Assembly (NCBI GenBank): GCA_040766535.1
Contig: JAXGQG010000004.1
Coordinates: 25,936-89,935, forward strand
Reading direction: 5' to 3'
Source: Dehalococcoidia bacterium
GTDB lineage: Bacteria > Chloroflexota > Dehalococcoidia > GIF9 > AB-539-J10
DNA length: 64,000 nt
Each line of letters begins with the position of its first letter. Position 1 is the stretch's first letter. This document shows, piece by piece, positions 1 to 9,507 of this stretch. The translations under genes and the position numbers were made by a program. The notes beneath the pieces were generated by a model. The model was not told the origin of the DNA, made no database searches, and was given only the letters and a program-made list of their open reading frames with translations.

Positions 1-500
1 CTTCCCTCATACACGTAGTCTGTGTTGAGGTGACAGACGCATGCCTTCCGTACCGTGAGGCCGCTGCCACGCAGTACGTAGAGTTGGATCGCTGTGTCGT
101 AGATGTGCTCGTCCTTGACGCGGCTCGTGGACTTGACCTCCACCAGGTCGAAGCGTCCGTTGCCCAGAGGCGCCAGGATGTCGGCTCGCATCCGCACGTC
201 ATCGTAAAGGAAGGCGGCCTCGTAGACTGGTGGGACACTCGCCAGCGACAGCATCTGCCGGGTGGAGGCCATGGCGCCCTCATGGTCGAAGTAGTCGTCC
301 CGTATTAGAACGCCGCCAGGAAACAGCTGCCGTGCAAGCGCACCCACGTCGGTGCCGGCGTCGAAGATCGCCTGCTGCTGTTCGGACACCTCGTCGGCGA
401 GGTCTCGGTTGTAGCATTCCAGATACAACCGCTTGTGGCATTGCAGGCCGGAGGTGAATCGCGACTTGGAGAGAAGGGGGATCTTACGCCCGTCGCACAT
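1..500 (-). CDS. DUF2779-like PD-(D/E)xK (Cas4/RecB-fold) nuclease family protein, N-terminal part; the 3' end runs off the window
   Basis: Absent from the ORF track because it is open to position 1. Reading the reverse complement from ATG 500-498 gives MCDGRKIPLLSKSRFTSGLQCHKRLYLECYNRDL...GRFDLVEVKSTSRVKDEHIYDTAIQLYVL. The SKS.F..G.QC.K.LY opening and the D..EVK nuclease-core spacing fit what I remember of DUF2779. Paralog of 21320..22745. Confidence 0.6.
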   Translation of the reverse strand, partial: MCDGRKIPLLSKSRFTSGLQCHKRLYLECYNRDLADEVSEQQQAIFDAGTDVGALARQLFPGGVLIRDDYFDHEGAMASTRQMLSLASVPPVYEAAFLYDDVRMRADILAPLGNGRFDLVEVKSTSRVKDEHIYDTAIQLYVLRGSGLTVRKACVCHLNTDYVYEG

Positions 501-783
501 TCCGCTTTCCACCTGCGAGATTGCTCCATGCGGTCGCGTTCAGGTCCGCGATACGCAACGCCAGGGAGCCGCTCTTCGCCGTCGCGTTCGGTCTGACACA
601 TAATAGGCTACCGCCCGGCATGCTTCAAGGAGGCCGGCAGACGCGTGATGCAACTTGCGAGAGGGGGAGCGTCGAGGGGGCATCGGGCTTCCCCGCAACT
701 ATGCCCCACGCGTTCAGCAGAATGGTGAGTTGTGCTACGCTGTGGCGGCGAAGTGCCATGCGATAGTGGGAGGCCCCCCGGTT

Positions 784-1500
784 ATGACAGACCCTGCCGT
801 CGTTCACTCTATTCACAGAGTCAGCCACACGGTTATCGAGCAGTGCCGGCATCTCTCAAGCGCCACCGTCCATGAGGCGTACGGCCGCCGGGGCGCGCTC
901 TCCAGCCGGATCAAGCCCGTGGATAATCGCATGAAGTTGTGCGGACCAGCGATGACGGTGAAGCTCAGGCCGGGCGATAACCTGATGCTGCACAAGGCGA
1001 TCTACGTCGCGCAGCCGGGTGACGTCATCGTGGCGGATGCACAGGGATTCTGCGAGGCGGGTGCATGGGGCGAGATCATGACGGTCGCCGCCATGGAACG
1101 GGGACTTGGCGGACTCGTCTTCAACGGCGCCGTACGCGATACCCGAGAGATAGCGGAACTGGGGTTTCCTGTCTTCTGCGTCGGAGTGTCCATCAAGGGC
1201 ACCGAGAAGACCTCGCTCGGACTCATCAATCACCCCCTCATCATGAACGATGTGCTCATCAACCCCGGAGACCTGGTTCTCGGCGATGTGGACGGCGTGG
1301 TGGTCGTGAGCAGGGACGATGCCGTGGAGGTTGTGTCCAGATCAGAGGAACGTCAACGCGCGGAGGCACGAGCCATGGAGCGATTGCGGGCGGGAGAGAC
1401 GACGCTTGATATGTATGGTCTGGCGCAGCTCCTGTCGGAGAGGAAGCTCACGGAAGAACGCATGCCGCCAGGCGGCGAGGGCGAGAAGGAAGAACGATGA
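784..1500 (+). CDS. RraA-family protein (RraA / 4-hydroxy-4-methyl-2-oxoglutarate aldolase-like), copy 1
   Basis: Track ORF 655..1500. ATG 784 is preferred because GGAGG lies at 768-772. LCGPAMTVKLRPGDNLMLHKAIYVAQPGDVIVADAQG...GEIMTVAAMERGLGGLVFNGAVRD is the RraA/aldolase-type pattern. Confidence 0.85.
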   Translation: MTDPAVVHSIHRVSHTVIEQCRHLSSATVHEAYGRRGALSSRIKPVDNRMKLCGPAMTVKLRPGDNLMLHKAIYVAQPGDVIVADAQGFCEAGAWGEIMTVAAMERGLGGLVFNGAVRDTREIAELGFPVFCVGVSIKGTEKTSLGLINHPLIMNDVLINPGDLVLGDVDGVVVVSRDDAVEVVSRSEERQRAEARAMERLRAGETTLDMYGLAQLLSERKLTEERMPPGGEGEKEER

Positions 1501-2162
1501 CGGACCTGCGACCGGAACTGATCCACTCCTTCAAGGCGCTTGATGCTACCTGTGTCTCCGATGCCCTGGATCGCCTCGGCATCAAGGGTGCGTGCCACGG
1601 CATTGCGCCCGTGGTTTCCGGGGTGAAGGCGGTGGGAATGGCGTTCACCGTCAAGTACCGGGCGCGCGGGACCGGATGCGGCTCCGTGGGGGACTTCATC
1701 GACGATGTGGAGCCGGGCAGGGTGGTGGTGATCGACAACGGCGGGCGCACCTATTGCACGGTGTGGGGGGACCTGATGACGATGGTGGCCGGTCGGCGAG
1801 GCATCGCGGGGACCGTGATCGATGGCGTCTGCCGCGATGTTCCGGGCATTCTTGTCGCACGGTATCCCATCTTCACCCGCGGACGATACGTGGCCACCGG
1901 CAAGGACAGGGTTGAGCTTGAGGCCGTCAACGTGCAGGTTTCCATCAGCGATGTCGGCGTGAAGCCGGGTGACATCATGGTGTGTGACGATTCGGGTGTG
2001 GTGGTCGTCCCGTATGAGCGAGCCGAGGAGGTTGCCGCGGCGGCACTGGAGATCGACCAGGCTGAGCGTACCATGCTCTCTCTCATCGAGCAGGGCATGA
2101 CGCTGCGCGAGGCGCGCCAGCAGCTTGGCTATCACTCCCTGCAATCCAGGCGGACGCAGTAG
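1497..2162 (+). CDS. RraA-family protein, copy 2
   Basis: Track ORF. ATGA start/stop overlap with copy 1. VSDALDRLGI...GMAFTVKY...PGRVVVIDNGGRTYCTVWGDLMTMVAGRRGIAGTVIDGVCRD matches the RraA-like fold. Confidence 0.85.
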   Translation: MTDLRPELIHSFKALDATCVSDALDRLGIKGACHGIAPVVSGVKAVGMAFTVKYRARGTGCGSVGDFIDDVEPGRVVVIDNGGRTYCTVWGDLMTMVAGRRGIAGTVIDGVCRDVPGILVARYPIFTRGRYVATGKDRVELEAVNVQVSISDVGVKPGDIMVCDDSGVVVVPYERAEEVAAAALEIDQAERTMLSLIEQGMTLREARQQLGYHSLQSRRTQ

Positions 2163-2246
2163 TTCTAAGACCCTCCGCGTGGCCGCCTGAGGACCGGTGG
2201 CGCCCCCGGCATGTCCTCATAGTCGGTGCACCAAGACCCTTTCGGT

Positions 2247-3491
2247 TCAGGCCGGCTCGTCTGGGAAGTACTGGCACGTTGCGTCCGGGATGATGGCGAC
2301 CTTTGCCGAGTTCCCGTAGGTCTCTTCAAGCATGGTGCGCACCTCGCTCCACGTCCGTGCACGGCTAACCAGGTGGTACGGACCGGTCCAGTCGGCGCCC
2401 ACCCTGTCCGCGTACGGCGACATGATGGTCAGTCGACTCGTGTGGGGCGGCAGCGCGGACCTCTCGAACCACGTGCGGCCTCCGATGTTGCTGCCGAATG
2501 TTCGCGCGAGGTAGTGGGTCATCTGTCCCTCCGGCGTGATTGCGATGAATACCATGTCGCCGCCGCTGGATTTCAGGAACGGGGATGCAACCCGCGGGGC
2601 CAGCGTAACCTCGTTCGCCTTGAAGTAGCAGTTGGCGATGACGATGTCGCAGTCGCCAATGAAGCCTCCGGCGTAGTGCGTCTTCGCCGCCTTCGCGCCT
2701 TCGCGGTGCGCCTCCACCACATCACCTACGAACAGCGCCGTGACCTCGCGCTTGAGGTTGAGTATGGCATCCACCTTGATATCCAGCCCTGCCATCCTTG
2801 CCGCCTCGTCTATGTCGGCGCGTGCCACGTTGCCTTCATACTTGCCGACATCCGATGTCGGCAGAGTGCCCAGTTTGTTGTGATTCACGCTGATGGTCTC
2901 CACCGATGACACCCCCGGAAGGATGATCTTGCCGCCGCCCCCGAAGCCAGCGAGAGGATGAGGCACGATGGAGCCGATCCCGATCTTGAGATCACAGCGC
3001 ATCACTTCACTATTGACAGCAACAGGTACGCTCCGGCTGGTGCTGCCCAGCGGGGTGCAGAACTCATACGGGTTGTGGTTGTAGACGAGAAAGCGCTCAA
3101 GTATGTCATCCCCCAGCTTCTTGCGCAGGCAGACGCCATTCATGGCTCCGTGCGCGCCGACAGCTGCGATCAGGCGGATCTGCCCGTCTTTGATTCCTGC
3201 CTCCCTGAGTTCTTCCAACACGTAAGGCAGCAGCGCATGTGTTGGGGTTGCCCTGGTGAGGTCGTCGAAGAGGATGACGACATCCTTCTTGCCCGCTGCC
3301 ATCTCGCGGATGGTCCCGGTTCCGATAGGCCGCGAAAACGCTGCCCGCAGACCGGCATCGTCCAGCGGTGGCGCGTTGTGTCCTCGCGCCGGGCACACGG
3401 TTACGTCCCAGGTCTCCGGGAAGTCGATCTCAAGCTCAGTATCGCCATACCAGGCCAGTTGCGGCAGTGTCACGCGCTGTGAGTTTGACAT
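2247..3491 (-). CDS. LarA-like (nickel-pincer lactate racemase family / DUF2088) protein
   Basis: Track ORF 2247..3530. ATG 3491 is preceded by GAAAGGAGGAAAACCG on the coding strand. GIGSIVPHPLAGFGGGGKIILPG and the roughly 414-aa length fit LarA homologs. No larBCE in the window. Confidence 0.8.
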   Translation of the reverse strand: MSNSQRVTLPQLAWYGDTELEIDFPETWDVTVCPARGHNAPPLDDAGLRAAFSRPIGTGTIREMAAGKKDVVILFDDLTRATPTHALLPYVLEELREAGIKDGQIRLIAAVGAHGAMNGVCLRKKLGDDILERFLVYNHNPYEFCTPLGSTSRSVPVAVNSEVMRCDLKIGIGSIVPHPLAGFGGGGKIILPGVSSVETISVNHNKLGTLPTSDVGKYEGNVARADIDEAARMAGLDIKVDAILNLKREVTALFVGDVVEAHREGAKAAKTHYAGGFIGDCDIVIANCYFKANEVTLAPRVASPFLKSSGGDMVFIAITPEGQMTHYLARTFGSNIGGRTWFERSALPPHTSRLTIMSPYADRVGADWTGPYHLVSRARTWSEVRTMLEETYGNSAKVAIIPDATCQYFPDEPA

Positions 3492-3655
3492 CGGTTTTCC
3501 TCCTTTCGGCGCCGTCGGAGCAGGCTGCATGCTTCGGAGAGGGCGTGCCGCGTCTCGGCAGGAAGGCTACTGTACACTTGACTCGTCGCGGCATTTATCG
3601 ATGGCAAGACCATGTGCCGCTCCCACTCAGTAGTGTAGGATTGAGAGGAGTCGCG

Positions 3656-4252
3656 ATGAGGCGACAGGAGGGACGGGTGAACGTCAAGGCATACCCCACC
3701 ATCGGTGCCTGTGGCATCGATTGCGGTCTGTGTCCGCGCTATCACACCAGGACGGGGACACCGTGTCCCGGCTGCGCGCCCGAGGGCTTTCTCGACCGTG
3801 GCGGCCAGTGGTGCAAGATGACCCGCTGCGCGGTACGCGGCCGCGGCTACGAGACCTGCGCCGAATGCGCCGAGTTCCCGTGTTACCGGTTCGAAGCGTG
3901 GGACAAGGGTGACTCGTTCGTCAGCCACCTCAACTCGATCGCCAATCTGCGTGCCATCCGGGCGGGGGGCATTGACGCCTTCGCGTCCCGGCAGCGGGAA
4001 CGTATTCGACTCTTGCAGGTTATGCTTGACGAGTTCGATGAGGGGCGTTCCAAGAGCTACTGCTGTCTCGCGGCTGCCCTGCTGCCACTCGATGAACTCG
4101 AGTCGGCGGTGGGCGCGGCGCGACTCGATGTGGAGCGGGGACGCATGGGGCCGGATGACACAAAGCAGCGCGCAAAGGTGCTGCATCGCACGCTGGATTC
4201 CGCCGCGGAGCGCCTGTCAATCAGCCTCAAGCTTCGTACGCAGCGTGGGTGA
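3656..4252 (+). CDS. DUF3795-like cysteine-rich protein
   Basis: Track ORF 3368..4252. ATG 3656 follows GAGAGGAG. The CGIDCGLCPRY..CPGC...C.MTRC....YETCAECAEFPC pattern is typical of DUF3795. Confidence 0.65.
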   Translation: MRRQEGRVNVKAYPTIGACGIDCGLCPRYHTRTGTPCPGCAPEGFLDRGGQWCKMTRCAVRGRGYETCAECAEFPCYRFEAWDKGDSFVSHLNSIANLRAIRAGGIDAFASRQRERIRLLQVMLDEFDEGRSKSYCCLAAALLPLDELESAVGAARLDVERGRMGPDDTKQRAKVLHRTLDSAAERLSISLKLRTQRG

Positions 4253-4632
4253 AAGCAGCACCGTGTTCTCAGACCGCGTCAAGCGCTCACGCGTGTGATG
4301 GTTGGTGTGTGGCGGAGCGGACGTCGAGCAGCTGGCAGCCTCACGCGGTCATTTCTATCTGCGCCGCGAGGTTAACATCAAGTGCTCGAAGGCTTGGCGA
4401 TCGGCTGCCCGGGTCCTCGACCGGCCATCGATGCGTACCCGATAGTGCCGGTGGAGGCATTGGCGGCGCATCCCTGCCTTTCCTCGCCGATCAACGGCGA
4501 TGGGCGCGGGATGCCCGCTGATTGTTGCCTGCTCCTATTGAACCTCCGTCCCGGGCGGTGTAGCCTGTGTCCTGGAGAGTTCTCCGGATGTCGCCGCTAG
4601 CTCCCGCCATATCTACCTCACCCGCTGCCGAG

Positions 4633-5763
4633 ATGAAGCAGCGCCTGCTGCACCTCGACTGGCTGCGTGTACTGGCCATGGGCGCCATCTTCCTCTTTCA
4701 CAACTTGCGCGCCTACGACTTCACTGACTGGCACATCAAGAACGATGTCACCACCCAGGCGGCCAGCTCGCTGGTCGAGGTTCTGAACTACTGGATGATG
4801 CCGCTCTTCTTCGTGCTCTCCAGCGCAGCTATCTATCACTCGTTGCGTTCTCGTACGCCGCGCCAGTTCGTCACGGAGCGCTTCCTCCGGATAGCCGTTC
4901 CCTGGCTTGGGCTCGGCATGTTCGTGTTCGGCCCTTTCCAGGTATACATTGAACGTCTCTCGCACGGAGACGTCCCCGGCGGATTCCTGGCTTTCCTGCC
5001 TCGCTATTTCGACGGCTTCTACGGGTTTGGCGGGAACTTCGCCTGGATGGGGCTGCATCTCTGGTATCTCATGATGCTGTTCCTGTTCGTGCTGCTGTTG
5101 CTGCCGTTCTTGCTTCCAGTGGGCAGAAGCGGGCGCAGCCTGCTTTCGCGACTCTCTCCCGCGTGTCGCCGGACTCCCGTGCTGTTGCTGCTGGTCTTCC
5201 CGCTGGCGCTGGCGTCTCTGCTCACCGACGCCCTTGGCCTTGGCGTCACGCGGGAATTCGGAAGCTGGGATCTGTTCTCGTATCTGCTGTTCTTCATCTA
5301 CGGGTATGTGCTGCATGCCGATCAGCTGGTTCAGGCCGCCATCGACCGGCTGCGGTGGCCGATGCTGTGTGCCGCGCTTGCACTCGTCGTGCTCGCGGGA
5401 GCCATGGAGCCGTCCGGATCCCTGCATTGGGCGGTTGTTCGCGCAGCCTGCGCCTGGTCTTGTGTGCTCGCCATCCTTGGATTCGGTCACGCCAGGCTCA
5501 ACTTCTCGAACGCCTTCGTGAAGCGCGCAAACGAGGCCGTCTTGCCGTTCTATATCCTGCATCAACCGATTATCCTGGCCGTGGCATTCTTCGTCGTCCA
5601 AATGGATGCCTTGCCGGTCGTGAAGTACCTGTTGACCGTCGCCGGTTCCTTCGTTGTCATTGTGGCCGTCTATGAGTATGTCGTCCGCCGGGTGGGAGTG
5701 CTGCGGTTCCTGTTTGGCATGCGGCCGCTCCCTCGCGCCGGAGACCGGTTGCCGGCGCCGTGA
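4633..5763 (+). CDS. acyltransferase family 3 (OafA/OpgC-like) integral membrane protein
   Basis: Track ORF 4567..5763. ATG 4633 gives MKQRLLHLDWLRVLAMGAIFLFHN, the usual acyltransferase_3 opening. Multiple hydrophobic helices throughout. Confidence 0.75.
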   Translation: MKQRLLHLDWLRVLAMGAIFLFHNLRAYDFTDWHIKNDVTTQAASSLVEVLNYWMMPLFFVLSSAAIYHSLRSRTPRQFVTERFLRIAVPWLGLGMFVFGPFQVYIERLSHGDVPGGFLAFLPRYFDGFYGFGGNFAWMGLHLWYLMMLFLFVLLLLPFLLPVGRSGRSLLSRLSPACRRTPVLLLLVFPLALASLLTDALGLGVTREFGSWDLFSYLLFFIYGYVLHADQLVQAAIDRLRWPMLCAALALVVLAGAMEPSGSLHWAVVRAACAWSCVLAILGFGHARLNFSNAFVKRANEAVLPFYILHQPIILAVAFFVVQMDALPVVKYLLTVAGSFVVIVAVYEYVVRRVGVLRFLFGMRPLPRAGDRLPAP

Positions 5764-5951
5764 GGCGTTCCGTAGCTGAGCCTCCACCGTAGGCCGGGCG
5801 CCAGGCGCTCACTCTCCTGTCGAATTCGGGAGTCACTGCGTTCGCCCCAGAGGCGGGTGCGTGGAACGTGCACTCCAGCATTCGTCGGGATCGTGCGACT
5901 CGATTGGCGGCGCCGTCGTGTGACTGCTTCAGACGGGGTAGTTGTCCCGCG

Positions 5952-6668
5952 CTAGTACCCGCTGGGTGAACGCGGCGGTGGCGCATGCAGGTCCAGTGCG
6001 TATCCACCTCGCGCGATAAAGAGCATCTGCGCCAGGAGCACGGCTACGAATGCCACCAGGGACGCGGCTGGACTGACCATGGCAACACCGGCGACTACGA
6101 CAAGCGCCCCCGCGCCGGCGCCGAGCAGAAGCCTGACACGAAGTACGACTCGGCGCGGCACATCGCTGCCGAAGAGCAGTCCTCCTCGTACCGCATGACG
6201 CCACGTGAGCATGAGCAGTAACTGCAGCAACACAACGTTGCACTCAAATATGAGCAGTGTTGTCTGGGTCAGCGACTGCACGTTGAGCAGGGATGCCGAG
6301 AAGGGGATGAACAGCACCGAAGGAAGCAGGACCACATGCAGCAGCAGAAGCGTACCGCTCGAGCGTGTCAGGTAGTGTGACACGAGATGGTGCAACAGCC
6401 AGTTCGCCAGCAACACGAGCAATGCGATGGCGCACGATGCGATTGCGGGCCCGATGGTCCGCAGCATCTGAATCAAGGGACGTCCCGGGAGAATCGATAT
6501 TGACGCTTGTTCGATGAGGCGTACGACCGGAAGCGCCATGGCCACGGCGAACACGGCGGTGGCGAACTGCTCCACGCGCTTGGCGGCGTGGCGCTGTCTC
6601 TCGACCGCACTCCTTGACGCCGGCTCCAGGTCCTCCCATGGCGGTCGCATCGGCGGGAACGATAGCAT
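5952..6668 (-). CDS. DUF1211/TMEM175-like membrane protein (tentative)
   Basis: Track ORF 5952..6713; the start is uncertain (ATG 6668 or 6650). RVEQFATAVFAVAMAL resembles the R...FSDGVFAIAITL motif. Several TM segments. Confidence 0.45.
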   Translation of the reverse strand: MLSFPPMRPPWEDLEPASRSAVERQRHAAKRVEQFATAVFAVAMALPVVRLIEQASISILPGRPLIQMLRTIGPAIASCAIALLVLLANWLLHHLVSHYLTRSSGTLLLLHVVLLPSVLFIPFSASLLNVQSLTQTTLLIFECNVVLLQLLLMLTWRHAVRGGLLFGSDVPRRVVLRVRLLLGAGAGALVVVAGVAMVSPAASLVAFVAVLLAQMLFIARGGYALDLHAPPPRSPSGY

Positions 6669-7038
6669 CGGCGCCCAGCATTCGCAAGCCGGGCTATGGC
6701 TTTCGAGGCACAACGCCCGTACGCCAGCCGCCGCCGCGCTCGGGTGAATCCCCGCCAGGCGCCAGCTCCGCGCTCAAGGGCCTTTGGCGCTGAGACAATG
6801 CTATACTAACAGTAGGACATTTGTATGGTATTAGTATCTGCACGTCGAGCGTGAGGAGTTGACGCTATGCGTTCGCTGAGACAGCTCATTCAACTGGGCC
6901 ATTACGAGCTTGCTGCCTACCGTCTGGTCTATGGTCTGCTGAGGGCGTGCCTGTGGCAGGACGCAACTGCTGCCTCCGAGTGCTCACCCGCTCGCACTCC
7001 GCCCGGAGAGACCATGTTGGAATCATCGCCGAAGGTGG

Positions 7039-7404
7039 ATGGCAGTGGCTAGGAAACGCGCTGCCCCCAAGGCTGCTGCAACGGAGAAGACCGGGTTCTA
7101 CTCCCGGGCTCTGAACGCGGCCGAGCAGCTCGAACTCGAAGACGCCACCGGCGTTGAGGGCATCGACGATGAGATCGCCTTGCTGCGTGTGCGGTTGCGC
7201 GCCCTCATCGAAGAGTGCCCCGACCGTGTCGAACTGCAGCTTGACCTGGCCAACGCGATCGCACGCCTGGTCAAGACCCGCTACCAGATATCGAGCGAAC
7301 AGAAGAAATCGCTCAAAGCGGCGATCACCAGGGTGCTCGAGGAGGTCGCTGTGCCGCTTGGCATTGGCATCGGCGTAGGTGTAGGCGGCTCACTGCACAG
7401 GTGA
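7039..7404 (+). CDS. hypothetical protein (basic N-terminus, helical, Gly/Ile/Val tail)
   Basis: Track ORF with protein-like composition (FYSRALNAAEQLELEDA...DDEIALLRVRLRALIEE...). No family recognised. Confidence 0.45.
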   Translation: MAVARKRAAPKAAATEKTGFYSRALNAAEQLELEDATGVEGIDDEIALLRVRLRALIEECPDRVELQLDLANAIARLVKTRYQISSEQKKSLKAAITRVLEEVAVPLGIGIGVGVGGSLHR

Positions 7405-7416
7405 CGCGTGTGCCGC

Positions 7417-7791
7417 TCAGGCCACCGCGATGGCCTCGATCTCTACCAACGCCCCACGTGCCAGACGGCTGACTTCGACGGCTGATCGTGCCGGCGGTGT
7501 TCCGGGGAAGAAGCCCGCGTACACCTCGTTCATCTTGCCGAACTCGTCCATGTTCGTGATGAACACGGTGCATTTCACGACACTGTCCATGCCGAGTCCC
7601 GCCGCGCTCACGAGGGCTTTCATGTTCTCCAGGCATTGCCTGGTCTGTGCGGTAATTCCCTCTGGAATCGCACCCGACTGGTCGATGGGTAGCTGTCCGG
7701 ACACGAATACGAGGCCGGCGGCCTTGATGGCTGGAGAGAAAGGCGCGATCGGTTTGGGTGCACCGGGCACCGAGATGGCTTCGCGCTTCAT
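7417..7791 (-). CDS. ridA: RidA/YjgF-family reactive intermediate deaminase
   Basis: Track ORF 7417..7923. ATG 7791 is preceded by AAAGGAGGAC. PKPIAPFSPAIKAAGLVFVSGQLP...KCTVFITNMDEFGKMNEVY...PARSAVEVSRLARGALVEIEAIA is the classical RidA pattern. Confidence 0.9.
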   Translation of the reverse strand: MKREAISVPGAPKPIAPFSPAIKAAGLVFVSGQLPIDQSGAIPEGITAQTRQCLENMKALVSAAGLGMDSVVKCTVFITNMDEFGKMNEVYAGFFPGTPPARSAVEVSRLARGALVEIEAIAVA

Positions 7792-8176
7792 GTAGTCCTC
7801 CTTTACGGCGTGAATATCAACGGGCACTCTACCATGGAGGCTCTCTGCTGGCAATACGAACGATGCACCACACGACGGTGAAGTTGCGGGTACTGGGTGA
7901 ACCGTATGGGCATGAGCGTACACGTGGTCCAGGAGGTGAATCGCAGGATTAAATAGTCGGGTCTGGTGTCGGTATCGGATCCTGTGGCGGGGATGCCACA
8001 GGCGACACCAGAGCCCTCCTGCACTCGAAAGTAACAGTGTGCGGTTGTTCTGTCAAACGCCCGGCGCGATTGACGCCATCGATCGCCGGCGAAGGTATGG
8101 TGGACTGGATGTGTCCGCTGCGCCCGTACGCGCACTCTCCCCGGGCAGGCGGTGCCATATGCAACTGCTGTTGCCG

Positions 8177-9067
8177 TCATCTTCCCGGCACGTACGAGGC
8201 GCCGGGAGTCACTTTCCTGTACAGATTGGCGCGGGAAAGGTAGCGCGTGCGCAGCACGAAGATGAGAACGACTGCCGTGGTGATGGTGATGACGGTGTCG
8301 ACGTAGGACACGTGGGTGCCCAGCTCCCAGTGGGGTGGGGGGCTGTTGAGCCAGCGGAACAGCAGCATGAGCGGCATGCTTCCTTCGGAGCCGTTGAATA
8401 CCACCGTCATGGTGATGCTCAATGCGATGGCGCCCGCAAAGAAACGGACGATGGCTGGAATGCTGTCGCCACCCAGCGACCAGTTCATGACTGTGCCGGG
8501 AAGCAACCAGGGCATGTACCACACGGCCCATACGGCTCCGAGTGTGATCGCCGCCAGCAGTCCGCTCATGCGACGCTGCATCAGCGGGAGCGCGAAGCCT
8601 CGCCAGCCGAGTTCGGACAGCGGACTCTCCAGCAGCGCCAGCAGACCGGCGTACGCGAGGGCGCTTCCGGTCGCCGCCGCCGCCTGCATATCGAAGGGGA
8701 TGCTGTCCTCGGACAATCCGTACGCCAGGAGCTTGAGCAACGGTATGCCGACGACCACGGCGGCCCACCAGCGCCACTTGAATCGCCCCCTGATGGAGTG
8801 GCGCAGAAACAGTGAGATCCCGTGACGTCCCTGCGTCCACCCTATTACGATGAGTGCCGAGAGGGCCGGGGTCCAGAAGAACAGGAACGATAGTGGGGAA
8901 TGCCGGACGACGGATATGTCTATGGCCCCGAATGCGGAGGCAAGCAGCAGGATTCCGGGTATGCCCCACGAGAGAGCGAAGGAGAAGAGAAAGAACGCCA
9001 CGAGCCGGTGCCGGCGCATGGTGCGATAGTAGCGAGCGGCGGCGTCCCGCGCAAGGTACCATGCCAT
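8177..9067 (-). CDS. CPBP-family (CAAX protease-like) intramembrane protein, possibly non-catalytic
   Basis: Track ORF 8177..9430; start ATG 9067 or 9019. Polytopic. LSELGWRGFALP corresponds to the EExxxR motif, but the first Glu is Ser, and I could not find the usual FxxxH / HxxxN histidines in their expected helices. Confidence 0.6.
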   Translation of the reverse strand: MAWYLARDAAARYYRTMRRHRLVAFFLFSFALSWGIPGILLLASAFGAIDISVVRHSPLSFLFFWTPALSALIVIGWTQGRHGISLFLRHSIRGRFKWRWWAAVVVGIPLLKLLAYGLSEDSIPFDMQAAAATGSALAYAGLLALLESPLSELGWRGFALPLMQRRMSGLLAAITLGAVWAVWYMPWLLPGTVMNWSLGGDSIPAIVRFFAGAIALSITMTVVFNGSEGSMPLMLLFRWLNSPPPHWELGTHVSYVDTVITITTAVVLIFVLRTRYLSRANLYRKVTPGASYVPGR

Positions 9068-9507
9068 GTGTGCGGCAGCCAGTGGCTCGTTGCCGGTAGT
9101 CGCGGCATGGTGTGGTAAACAGGATTTGGGGGGGTTCTTCCGGCCCGTCACGAATGGCCGACGATATCCTTGTGTGCCACACAACGGGCCGCGCATGTTC
9201 CGCGGCCAACGGGAACGGGCTGGCATGGCGCAACTCCAGGTTGTGAACAAGGTTGTCAACCAGATTGCTGCTATCATGCCATGCACACGATCGGACATAT
9301 CAACCGGAGTATCAACTTCACGCGTGGAGTGCTTCGGTTGTGAAGTGGACAGCGATCCGGTAAGGACCCTGGAACGCATGCTGGTGGTTTCTCGGTGACC
9401 TCGTGCCAGGTAAGCGCGAGGCGCCTGCATTGTCCGCGCGTATCAGTGTATTATGTGTGTGGCCTGTCGGTTCCTTTCATCGGACCGCGGTGCAGCACGG
9501 AGGAAAG

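Noticed and set aside
2226-2909. 227-aa plus-strand ORF
   Set aside because: Antisense to the LarA-like gene. No RBS or family signature.
4618-5787. 389-aa minus-strand ORF antisense to the acyltransferase gene
   Set aside because: Composition (Q/E/R/H/G runs) is unlike a real protein. The + strand frame encodes a coherent polytopic acyltransferase_3 protein.
6867-7052. 61-aa plus-strand ORF upstream of 7039..7404
   Set aside because: Short, with no recognisable family and no clear RBS. It may be real (an AT-richer, promoter-like stretch precedes it), but I cannot support it.
7803-9233. 476-aa minus-strand ORF, the longest ORF in this area
   Set aside because: Extremely Arg/His/Pro/Gly-rich with no recognisable motifs. 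It overlaps, in another frame, the CPBP gene that has a clear membrane-protein signature. Typical GC-rich shadow ORF.
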